NCBI GenBank assembly: GCA_019057635.1
Contig: DXJL01000195.1
Location: 1 to 31,216 of the forward strand
DNA length: 31,216 nucleotides
Source of the DNA: Candidatus Heimdallarchaeota archaeon
GTDB lineage: Archaea > Asgardarchaeota > Heimdallarchaeia > Hodarchaeales > Hodarchaeaceae
Direction of reading: 5' to 3'
Shown: piece by piece, positions 16,254 through 25,346 of the stretch
Layout of the letters: each line of letters starts with the position of its first letter
How positions within the stretch are numbered: the first letter of the stretch is position 1
Position numbers and translations under genes: made by a program
The notes under the pieces: generated by a model
What the model was told of the DNA's origin: nothing
What the model saw: the letters and a program-made list of their open reading frames with translations, nothing else
The model's database searches: none

Positions 16254-19200
16254 TTATGTTTTCCGACTTTGTCTCAAAATTCCAACTGCTGAAAGGGCGA
16301 AAAACAGAAAAAGAAGAATCCTCATTTCAAGAGGGGGAGGAGGAGGGGGAGGTTTGTTGCCATTATTTATTGAAAATACATAATCAGTGATATCTTCCTC
16401 TGTAATTCCTTCAGGAGTTTTAGCTACAACTTTCAATAGGCAAGACGAACTATCAAAATGATATCTCGTATCCCACCAATATTCATTGTCGAATAAGTCC
16501 TCTGCGATTAAACTCCATTCCTTACCGTTGTTACTTGAATAATAAATTGAATAAAAGACACTTGAATCAAATGATTCAATTGCTGGTAACCAGCCAATAA
16601 TAAGATTTTTTTCAAGAATTTCTCCACCATTAGGGTATAATAATCGAGGGCTAGTAAGACGGTGTGTTAAAGGTGGGTTAACTGAGGCAAGAGGTAAGGG
16701 ATCTTGATTGTTACTAAATCCATCAAGTTCATAAGGAATATCAACATATCCATCCTTATCATCATCAGGACTTACCCAATCATTCCAATAGTTGAAAACG
16801 ATGGTATTGTCTGATCCATTATCAAATGCTTGAGAATTGAAGGTGTTTACTTGAGTCTTTATCAAAAAATTACTTACAAAATCATTTCTCTTCACAAGAT
16901 TAAGCTCACTATCTTGATCGAAGAAGAACCCATAGATATTATTACTGATAGAATTATCTTTAATCTCCATATTATCGGAATCATGAAGCAGTACAGCAGC
17001 CCCGTAATTATCAATAAACTGATTATCTTCAACTATTGAATTTGAACTCCCAACAAAGAGTAAACTAGTTGGTATTAGAAAATCTCCTTCCTCCGAAATA
17101 TTTTGTCGAGAGTAGAGAGTTAAAGAATTTTTAGAAAGAAGATTATTTGTAAAGACACAATCGTAAATTGAAATACAAACTATACCTAGAATACGATTTT
17201 CACTTATAGTATTGTATCTTATATTTGATGCATAAGATTCTATTAAAATAATCCCTAAACGAGAATTGTTAATTATGTCATTATAGGTAATATCGCAGCT
17301 ATCTATGCTCACTAGATTGACTCCATGGTATTGATTATTCAAAATATCATTTCTTGTAATTGTACAATCAACAACATTTTCCAGTTCAATCCCATTAAGT
17401 GAATTATTTACTATTAAATTATCTTCAATATCAGTGCTGTAAATTTCCCCCACTGAACTTAGACCATCTCCTCCATTATTACTAATAATATTGTTTAATA
17501 TCGTAAATTCCATACAGTAATCAAGGAAAATACCGTTGTAACGATTCTTATCAATTCTATTAGACTGAATTACACAATTATAGGAGTAATACCAACGTAT
17601 CCCTTCAAAATTTTTTGATATTGTATTGTTGAGAAGCGTACATTCATCACTATCTATTGCTAGTCCAACACCATTACAATTTAATATGAAATTATTTTTA
17701 ATACCACATGTTTGAGAGTAGTAGATATTTATCCCCATACTACTATTTGATACATAATTACTTTCTAATGTACAGTACAACGAATAGTCAATATAAATTC
17801 CTTGATCACTATTATTAATAACTGTGTTATTTATAAATTCGGAAAAATCTGAACCATAGCAAGAAATACCCCTGTAATTGTTGGATATCGTGTTATTCGA
17901 GATCTGACTCCATGGAGATTGAGAAATTCGAACTCCATTTTCAGAATTATTTAGAATACTATTTTCAGTGATTGTGTTATCACTTGATTGATAGCCCTCA
18001 ATTACAATCCCATCTTCATTTTGGATGAACGAATTTTGGATTATTTGACAGTTTTGACTTTGAGAAAATAAAATCCCAATTCTATCACTATTTGAGATAT
18101 TATTATTATGTACATTAATATTGTTAGAGTCAAGCACCCACACTCCTATCGCGGTATGGGTAATATATTGATCTGTAATGTTCACTCGGGCATTATTGAT
18201 TAGAAATATTTGACCAGCACCATCGGGGACGACTGCATCTTGAATATCTAACCAATAAATGAGATGTTTACCATTTACAGTATTGTTCTCAACTATTAAT
18301 TGGCGATGGTGGGCTGTTTCCCAACCATCAAAAAGAAATCCATAATTAATAACTGTATTATTAATAATTATGTTGGATCCAGATCCTGATAATTCTATCC
18401 CTCCTCCATTATTTAGAACTTGGTTATCAGTTATTTCACACGAAGAAGAGTCGCCAATTTCGAGACCAGAGAAAGAATTATTGGCAATGAGATTGGCTGA
18501 AATTAAACTTTTGGAACATTCTTCAATCCTGACCCCGTCTCGATTATTCAAGACTATATTTCCACAAACAGAAAGAGGAACAGTTTCACTAACACTTACA
18601 ATAAAATCCCACTCACAGACAAATCGGAAATTAACCAAAGGGGCCGCATCACCCCATCTACTTGACCACAACATCTGTGCATAATTTTCATCATAACCGC
18701 CATTCGGTTCCCCATCATCCCAATTCTCATAGGTAAATGGCTCTCCTGTTGTCCATTGCCAATCTCCTTCCGATTCCACATCACTTAAACCTATCCAGAT
18801 TTCTCCATATTGTTGTTGAAAATTATTAATAATAAAATTATTCTCTTGATTATCAGAAATAGTTACCAAATGCCCTCCAAGCCCTTCACAGTAATTTTTT
18901 GCATCGTCCCAATTAATCCAATTATCTATAAACAGGTAACTATGTCCATTATGATAAAAAATTTCTCCAGCTCGTGGGGTTCGGACAAATATTCCTCTTT
19001 CTTTATTGTCTGTAACGATGTTGTCTGAAATATTGATGAAAAAACCCCCCTCTGTGAATATCCCCTGCTGATTCTTTGTAATATTATTAGAAGAGATAGA
19101 ACAAGTTGAGGTTTGGTGAGAATATATACCATATTCAGTATTGTTCATAAAAAAGCTATTTTGAATGGATATATTGGAACAAGATTGCATCAAAAGTCCA

Positions 19201-21008
19201 ACAGAGGTAAACGATAAGTTCTGATTAGCAATTAACAGATCCTCACAATCTATGAGGATAATCTCTCCTGCTTCTGGAACAATTTCACCTAAAACATCAA
19301 TCCAATAGATTAATGGTTTTTCATTAACAGTATTGTTAAATACAATAATTTCACGAAAGCTATGGCTTGACCAATGAGGTATGAATAGTCCTTGGTTTTG
19401 TAAATGATTGTTGGAGATAAAAGTTGAGAAAGTGTCTTCTATGTAAATTCCATGCCCTGTTCCGGTGATATTATTATTAAAAATAGTATTAGAATTAGAA
19501 TACCGAATAATTATACTTTTTTCAGTAGTATTTAGAATTTCATTGTCTGCAATTATGTTCCATGGAGCACCATCTATAACAATCCCCTCTGTGCAATTTA
19601 CAATTTTATTGGATTTGATAGTTGTAAATTCGGAACCCCAATCTATGGTTATGCCTTTCTGACTATTAAAAACTGTATTATTGATTGTTTCACTTTGAAG
19701 TGACTCAGAAAACCTAATTCCTTCGTTCTCACTTGAGATATTAGTATTATAGATATTCACATCTATTGATCTAAATGAGCGTATTCCAAAATTATCACTC
19801 TCCTTTATTTCACACTTATTAATAATAATAGTCGTGCAAAAAGCTAAAAATATGCCAGTATCGGTATTAGAGAGATTGTGGGAACTTATAGTAATATTAA
19901 TACACGATAGTAAGAGAATTTGCCCAACAGAATCGTTTGCTGAGATAATTAGATCAAGTTCATTGTAAATATAGAGAAGAGGTTTTCCATTTACAGTATT
20001 ATTAGCAACCTCATCTTGATTAAAATGTGTACTCTCCCAACCATGAACTTCTAATCCATCATTTTGTAATATATTCCCAGTAATTTGATTATATCGTGCG
20101 CTTTCTAGATAGATCCCAGTTCTTCCATTATTAAAAATGTTATTGTTAGTAATAGAGTTATCTTCAGAGTTGTGTAGTTCAATTCCAGTATCATGATTAT
20201 TGAATATGTCGTTTTCAAATATATTATTAGTAAAGGAGTCAGATAATGATATTGCTGTACCTGAATTATTATAAAAATAATTAGCAGAGATTTCATTATT
20301 ATTAGATGAATATAGACTCAATCCACATCCACCATCCCACCACAACCACTCCTCTACCTTATAATGTCCAGAGAATGAATTTCCAGATATAAGACAGAGA
20401 TTTGAATTTCCCAGCTCAATCCCATTTCTATTATTAGTCAAATTATTATTAATTATTCTGATAGACGAGGAATCCCAAACATGTATACTGTTTCCATTAT
20501 TGGCTAAGATTTCATTGTCTACTATTGCAGAATCAGTCGCACTATCCATTCTAATGCCACTATTACAATTTATTATTGTTGAGTTTATTATTGAACCATG
20601 TATTATGTTATAAAGCTGAATACCAATGTCTCCTCCACTTATTTGGCAATTAGAAATCTGAAAGTAAACAGTTGTATCAGAAATATCTATTAAGTAACTT
20701 TGTTGGTCTGTATCTTCTAAGATAAGATTAGTAATTATATACGGATTTGATATGGTACCGTCACCTGTCCAGTTTCTCTCTAAAGCTACCTCTCTGAAAG
20801 TTGCATCACTATCTATATATATTGGATCATCTGTTGTAGCAACATTTATTTTTGTTAAAAGCGATTTAGAAATATCTAAATTAAATTGATCTGAAAATAT
20901 AGGTTTTATGTCATTTATTTCCGAATATATTGATGTAGGTAATATGAATATGACTAAAAAAAAGCCAATGGTGATAGATATACGTATTCTTTGAAAAATT
21001 CTATTCAT
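16254..21008 (-). CDS. Large membrane-anchored surface protein: NosD/right-handed beta-helix repeats with an inserted C-type lectin domain
   Basis: N-terminal signal/TM segment; W.GDGT..NPYII; many 'I.NN.I.NN..GI.L' repeats; CTLD (W..AK.YC...GGHLV.I....EN, WIGL.D...EG.W.W..GE...Y.NW..GEPN...FVCE); NYW.D...PD...DG..D.PY; PNGGE Ig/FN3-like domain; Pro7 linker, TM helix and basic tail. Confidence 0.9.
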   Translation of the reverse strand: MNRIFQRIRISITIGFFLVIFILPTSIYSEINDIKPIFSDQFNLDISKSLLTKINVATTDDPIYIDSDATFREVALERNWTGDGTISNPYIITNLILEDTDQQSYLIDISDTTVYFQISNCQISGGDIGIQLYNIIHGSIINSTIINCNSGIRMDSATDSAIVDNEILANNGNSIHVWDSSSIRIINNNLTNNRNGIELGNSNLCLISGNSFSGHYKVEEWLWWDGGCGLSLYSSNNNEISANYFYNNSGTAISLSDSFTNNIFENDIFNNHDTGIELHNSEDNSITNNNIFNNGRTGIYLESARYNQITGNILQNDGLEVHGWESTHFNQDEVANNTVNGKPLLYIYNELDLIISANDSVGQILLLSCINITISSHNLSNTDTGIFLAFCTTIIINKCEIKESDNFGIRSFRSIDVNIYNTNISSENEGIRFSESLQSETINNTVFNSQKGITIDWGSEFTTIKSNKIVNCTEGIVIDGAPWNIIADNEILNTTEKSIIIRYSNSNTIFNNNITGTGHGIYIEDTFSTFISNNHLQNQGLFIPHWSSHSFREIIVFNNTVNEKPLIYWIDVLGEIVPEAGEIILIDCEDLLIANQNLSFTSVGLLMQSCSNISIQNSFFMNNTEYGIYSHQTSTCSISSNNITKNQQGIFTEGGFFINISDNIVTDNKERGIFVRTPRAGEIFYHNGHSYLFIDNWINWDDAKNYCEGLGGHLVTISDNQENNFIINNFQQQYGEIWIGLSDVESEGDWQWTTGEPFTYENWDDGEPNGGYDENYAQMLWSSRWGDAAPLVNFRFVCEWDFIVSVSETVPLSVCGNIVLNNRDGVRIEECSKSLISANLIANNSFSGLEIGDSSSCEITDNQVLNNGGGIELSGSGSNIIINNTVINYGFLFDGWETAHHRQLIVENNTVNGKHLIYWLDIQDAVVPDGAGQIFLINNARVNITDQYITHTAIGVWVLDSNNINVHNNNISNSDRIGILFSQSQNCQIIQNSFIQNEDGIVIEGYQSSDNTITENSILNNSENGVRISQSPWSQISNNTISNNYRGISCYGSDFSEFINNTVINNSDQGIYIDYSLYCTLESNYVSNSSMGINIYYSQTCGIKNNFILNCNGVGLAIDSDECTLLNNTISKNFEGIRWYYSYNCVIQSNRIDKNRYNGIFLDYCMEFTILNNIISNNGGDGLSSVGEIYSTDIEDNLIVNNSLNGIELENVVDCTITRNDILNNQYHGVNLVSIDSCDITYNDIINNSRLGIILIESYASNIRYNTISENRILGIVCISIYDCVFTNNLLSKNSLTLYSRQNISEEGDFLIPTSLLFVGSSNSIVEDNQFIDNYGAAVLLHDSDNMEIKDNSISNNIYGFFFDQDSELNLVKRNDFVSNFLIKTQVNTFNSQAFDNGSDNTIVFNYWNDWVSPDDDKDGYVDIPYELDGFSNNQDPLPLASVNPPLTHRLTSPRLLYPNGGEILEKNLIIGWLPAIESFDSSVFYSIYYSSNNGKEWSLIAEDLFDNEYWWDTRYHFDSSSCLLKVVAKTPEGITEEDITDYVFSINNGNKPPPPPPPLEMRILLFLFFALSAVGILRQSRKT

Positions 21009-21278
21009 CTGACTGCAATACCCTTCACGTATAATCTTATTTATTATAATAGCAGTTCATATTAAAGATTACCTCTCTTTGTATTATAAATTCAAAATAG
21101 GATTGGGATATTAAAACCAGCAATAAATATTTCTTATTATGCAACATGGAAAATACTCAACTTAAACTATAGAATTGATAAATCTAGAAATCGAAGTTCT
21201 TGGACTTAATCTAGTACCAATATTTAGGATAAAATTCAAAGTAATCTTAAAAAACTTCACGGTCAAGAAAAAGAAATT

Positions 21279-23198
21279 TTAGAGAATATGATCCTCCATC
21301 GCTTGATGAGCTGCATTTGCCTTCTCGGAAACATAATGTCTAGTGATATCATGATGAGTTATCCAACCAATTAACTTTGGGAAATCTTTTGTTTGATTTC
21401 GTGTTTTTTCTGCAACAGGAAGACGTGAAACGTCCATCTTTTCCATAATATGTACAGCATGCATCAATGTTGCATCCTTATCAATGCAAATAAGAGACTT
21501 CTCCTTTTTTAATAATACATCAAATACAATCCAATCCTTAGGAGAGCTATGTAATGCATTCTGAACATCACTTAGAGTAATAACTCCAAGGAACATATCT
21601 TTTTCAACAATTGGAAAACCTTCATGACGGGTGGTTCTTATAAGTTCCATAACGGTTTCTAATCTTGTTTTAGTATCAACTACAACTAATTTTTCTCGAG
21701 GTGTCATTGCTTGTTCTATAGTGATGGAATCAAGGATATCTTTCCGTGATTCCTGCAGGACAACTCCTCGTCTAATTAATTTTAAGGTATAGATGTTTTC
21801 TTTTTCGATAACACTTGAAATTCCCCAACTAATCGTAACTACAATCATTAGTGGAATGGTTAAAAAATAATCTTCAGTCATTTCTGCAGTCATAATAACG
21901 GCTGTTAAAGGTGCTCGACCTGTTCCTGCGAAGAAAGCGGCCATTGCCAATAATGCCAAAAGAGCAACCGGTACATTTACTATAATGAAAACGTCATCGA
22001 TAATTATTCCAAAAATCGCTCCGAGCATGACACCCAGAAATAAAGTGGGAGCAAAGACCCCCCCTGAACCTCCAGATCCTACTGTGAAAACTGTATTAAG
22101 AGCTTTTACTACAAATAATAAAATTAAAATCAATAGAGTCAGGAAAATAGAATCTTCAACCAGAGTACCTTGGAAAACAGCATCCATAGGTAGATAAGTG
22201 CGTCCCATGACAGTGTAGGTTTCCCATTGATCACCAACAAAGAAAAATGTTAAAACCAATGTTATACCTACAAATAATCCTCCAAAAGCTGGTTGTAATA
22301 TTTCAGGGGTTCGTATTTTTTTATTCAGATATTCTATTATGTCTTCAGCTTTATAAAAGAATTTAATCCACAATGCAGATCCAATTCCACAAATAATCCC
22401 AAGAACGATAAAAAGAGGGATTAAATAAGGATCGTGGTATTCCAAAGGAGGAAAACCTATGAATGCGGGTTCAGATCCTAATAAAAATTGCCCTGTAACT
22501 ACTCCAACAACAGCGGCAACAATTATTGGGATTAGCAGGCCTGTAGCAGCACCTTCTCCAAGTAGAATTTCAAGAGCAAATAATGACCCCCCAATAGGTG
22601 CATTAAATGTTGAAGCTATTCCTGCTGCCACTCCAGCTACAACTAATGTGCGAAGCTCTTTTGGGTTGAGACTTAGTTTTTGACCCACAAAAGAAGCAAA
22701 TCCTGCTCCTATTTGTGCAATTGGCCCCTCACGACCCGCTGATCCACCTGTACCAATTGTTGTGGCAGAGGCGATGATTTTGACAAAAGGAACACGTAAA
22801 TTCATTCTTCCATTCTGTAAAGCAACAGACTCTAAAACTTCGGGAACACCATGTCCTTTTGTTTCCTTTGATACTCGAGAGGTGAGAGATCCAACGATTA
22901 CACCTCCAATAATTGGCGCAAGAAGGAAATGTAGCCAATTAATTTGAGATAACCCAATAGAATTCATAAATTGCATAGGTATTTTAAAAAAGATCTCATA
23001 GATGAAATCAATCGCAAAACGAAAGATCCAAGAGCCGAATCCTCCAACTATTCCTACCGCAACGGCAAGAATGTTAAGTTTAACCAATGAGGGGACTTTT
23101 GTACGTCTGTTTTCAAAAAAATTTTTTATTTGACCTAAGATAGATTTTGAATTATGTGATTCATCAGAAAGAACACTTTTCGTTTGGAATGCCTCCAA
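21279..23198 (-). CDS. ClC-family chloride channel/antiporter with C-terminal CBS pair
   Basis: GHGVPE, GGSAGREGP, FNAP..G..FALE, GSGGVFAP, RAPLT....EMT, IYT; two CBS domains (HEGFPIV, VSRLPV). Confidence 0.93.
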   Translation of the reverse strand: MEAFQTKSVLSDESHNSKSILGQIKNFFENRRTKVPSLVKLNILAVAVGIVGGFGSWIFRFAIDFIYEIFFKIPMQFMNSIGLSQINWLHFLLAPIIGGVIVGSLTSRVSKETKGHGVPEVLESVALQNGRMNLRVPFVKIIASATTIGTGGSAGREGPIAQIGAGFASFVGQKLSLNPKELRTLVVAGVAAGIASTFNAPIGGSLFALEILLGEGAATGLLIPIIVAAVVGVVTGQFLLGSEPAFIGFPPLEYHDPYLIPLFIVLGIICGIGSALWIKFFYKAEDIIEYLNKKIRTPEILQPAFGGLFVGITLVLTFFFVGDQWETYTVMGRTYLPMDAVFQGTLVEDSIFLTLLILILLFVVKALNTVFTVGSGGSGGVFAPTLFLGVMLGAIFGIIIDDVFIIVNVPVALLALLAMAAFFAGTGRAPLTAVIMTAEMTEDYFLTIPLMIVVTISWGISSVIEKENIYTLKLIRRGVVLQESRKDILDSITIEQAMTPREKLVVVDTKTRLETVMELIRTTRHEGFPIVEKDMFLGVITLSDVQNALHSSPKDWIVFDVLLKKEKSLICIDKDATLMHAVHIMEKMDVSRLPVAEKTRNQTKDFPKLIGWITHHDITRHYVSEKANAAHQAMEDHIL

Positions 23199-23357
23199 AA
23201 ATAATTACAATATTATTTTCAAATTTATTGTAAAATACTTCTGGAATAAGACTGATTTCGTTAGAGTTTAAAGATATTATCTCACTAGGTTTTCTACTAA
23301 TTTCAGTCATTTTATATTTCTGTAATCTTTTTATTTGGCATTCAACAAAATTTCCTT

Positions 23358-23432
23358 CCGATTATACCATCAATTCTGGAGGATCTTAAATTTCTTCAAA
23401 ACGTATTGACTCTTTCAGAAAACACATTTTAA
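23358..23432 (+). repeat. Right copy of the 75-bp direct repeat (orphan Ldh2 3' end, PIIPSILEDLKFLQNVLTLSENTF*)
   Basis: Compare PIMPSILEDLKFLQNELNLSEYAF* at 15876-15950; 22-bp identical core gatcttaaatttcttcaaaacg. Confidence 0.9.
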
Positions 23433-23516
23433 CTTTTTAAGTGTGAATCTAGTCGGCAATAATTGGTCGATCAGCAAACAAAAATCGTGTTAGATTGTAT
23501 TTTTTGATAATAGGGG

Positions 23517-23705
23517 TTGAGAAATACCGCTAGTTCTTGTAAAATATATATACTCAATACGAAAGGTAATTTCTCCTGGATGTACTGGTTTTATCCAGAT
23601 AATTTTGATTTTGAGAATGGTAAATGGAAAGATGATTGGGAGAATTTTGTGGGAACTTCCTTGAACAATTTAAAAGAAAGCTTTCACCCACTTCGAGTGA
23701 AGTGA
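23517..23705 (+). CDS. Short hypothetical ORF or gene remnant
   Basis: Trp/Phe-rich, protein-like C-terminal part (WMYWFYPDNFDFENGKWKDDWENFVGTSLNNLKESF); start uncertain. Confidence 0.35.
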   Translation: MRNTASSCKIYILNTKGNFSWMYWFYPDNFDFENGKWKDDWENFVGTSLNNLKESFHPLRVK

Positions 23706-23707
23706 AA

Positions 23708-23881
23708 TTATTTCGCATGATGTGTTTTTTTCGTTTTAATCGAAGGAGCTTCAAGAGGTTTATCAGGTGCGGAGATTTGGGTCATTATAATTGTTGTAAA
23801 GTCACCTAAAGTCAATTTTCTTCTATCGGGTTTACTAGGAACATCATTCATTCGATTTAGTTTGCTAGAAGAATCGTTCAT
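23708..23881 (-). CDS. Short hypothetical protein
   Basis: ATG 23881 is preceded by an RBS-like GTGGTAGGT; converges with the 23517 ORF, with a 2-nt gap between the stops. Confidence 0.4.
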   Translation of the reverse strand: MNDSSSKLNRMNDVPSKPDRRKLTLGDFTTIIMTQISAPDKPLEAPSIKTKKTHHAK

Positions 23882-24301
23882 ACCTACCACAATAATCAGA
23901 CCAACTTGATTTTTCTTTAAATACCTAGCTAATACACTCGTAATATCTACTAGACGTAAATAAATGTAATTGGAGAAACAACTAGAAAGATTAGTATTTG
24001 TGCATTATAATTTTTTAAGTCGGCTTCTTACTCTTACTCATCCTCTCCCCTCTTTGTATTTCGACTGTTTCCTCTTCATCTCACCCACTTTTTTTATTGC
24101 GTAGATCAGTAAAAAACACTAAAGATTCTGTTAAATGGTGTAATACCAACGGTAGCCTAATTTCAAACCTTCTTTGGATTCTGATTTCTCCCCTCATAGT
24201 AAACCTTTTATTCGCTTCAAAACCTATCAGGTAACGAATCTTACGATTATCAATGACGTAAAGATTTAACAAGAAAAAACGTATAAAGTTGGTTAATAAT
24301 A

Positions 24302-25264
24302 ATGAATAGAAGAAATCTAGTTCTGATTCCAATTTTAATGCTAAGTGTATTCGCTCTAATTAGCATCACTGCAACTATTCCTACACAAGGAGCTACCGGT
24401 ACATTAGCTGAGATTGAGGATCGAGGATATCTAATTATTGGTTCTGATACGACTTACCCTCCATTCGAGGAGTATAATGCAACATCAGAGCAAGCACAAG
24501 GTTTTGATATTGATTTGGCCCATCAAATGGCTATCGCCCTAGGAGTTGATCTTAAAGTTGTTACTTCTGAATGGGATCCAATTATCCCCAATCTGCAAGC
24601 AAGTCAATTCGATGTAATTATTTCTGCAATGACGATTACTGCAGCCCGTGAAGAACAAGTTGACTTTACTCGCTGGTATTACAAATCATACCAAGCCATT
24701 TTAGTCGAATCTGGAAATCCACTGAGTATCGTGACTGAAGTTGATCTAAATGCATCTATCACCATCGGTGTTCAATCTGGTACAACTTCTGACATCTGGG
24801 TTACTGATAACCTTGATGACACCCTTGTAACCCTCCAAACATTTGATAATATTCTTCAAGCCATCGCTGCACTAAAGCAGGGGTCTGTAGATGTCGTACT
24901 TGGTGACTACGCCGTTTTGGCCCAAGATGAGTTAGTAAGCGGTGCAACAGAAGTCGTTGATACCTATTCTCCGGAAGATTTCGGTTTTGCATGTCGCACA
25001 GGTGATAATGACCTTAGACTTGCATTAAACGATGCAATCGATGGTCTTCTTGGTGCAGATGAGAATAATCCAAGCCCCACAGATCTGTATAACACAATGT
25101 ATTACAAATGGTTTGGAAGCCACGCTGGTGATGTCGGATATACTGGGACAGTAACTGATGCTGTCATAGAATATGTCTGGTATACTGGTGGGGCAGCTCC
25201 TGGTTTTGAATTTCTCCTTGTCTTCGCAATTGGTATAATACCAATAATTCGAAGAAAAAGATAG
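24302..25264 (+). CDS. Polar amino-acid ABC transporter substrate-binding protein with PGF-type C-terminal anchor
   Basis: YPPFE, GFDIDLA, FDVIISAMTIT..R...VDFT, GVQSGTT; signal peptide; ends APGFEFLLVFAIGIIPIIRRKR. Confidence 0.93.
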   Translation: MNRRNLVLIPILMLSVFALISITATIPTQGATGTLAEIEDRGYLIIGSDTTYPPFEEYNATSEQAQGFDIDLAHQMAIALGVDLKVVTSEWDPIIPNLQASQFDVIISAMTITAAREEQVDFTRWYYKSYQAILVESGNPLSIVTEVDLNASITIGVQSGTTSDIWVTDNLDDTLVTLQTFDNILQAIAALKQGSVDVVLGDYAVLAQDELVSGATEVVDTYSPEDFGFACRTGDNDLRLALNDAIDGLLGADENNPSPTDLYNTMYYKWFGSHAGDVGYTGTVTDAVIEYVWYTGGAAPGFEFLLVFAIGIIPIIRRKR

Positions 25265-25272
25265 TTTGGAAT

Positions 25273-25318
25273 AATGAAGCTGTAAACTACTTATAGCTTA
25301 CATTTTCTTTTTTTTTTT
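25273..25318 (+). terminator. Hairpin plus T-tract between the SBP and permease genes
   Basis: AAGCTGTAA-actac-TTATAGCTT stem (extendable by AATG/CATT) followed by TTTTC-T11. Confidence 0.6.
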
Positions 25319-25346
25319 CAATTCTTATTATAGTGAGGTTAATTAT

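Larger units (their letters stand above)
15876..23432. mobile_element. Putative integrase-less genomic island inserted at the 3' end of the Ldh2 gene
   Basis: Bounded by the 75-bp direct repeat. Cargo is a gene remnant, an AT-rich 4.7-kb surface-protein gene and a ClC gene. No recombinase inside. Confidence 0.55.

Noticed and set aside
15876-23432. Diversity-generating retroelement (near-identical repeat pair plus a C-type lectin gene)
   Set aside because: Mismatches are not confined to adenines of one copy, the repeat is in the Ldh2 gene rather than the lectin, and there is no reverse transcriptase in the window.
23990-24332. Minus-strand 83-aa ORF and tiny RBS-preceded ORFs (MKRKQSKYKEGRG, MSKSKKPT)
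   Set aside because: They overlap the ABC operon promoter/start region and have no family features; not supportable.
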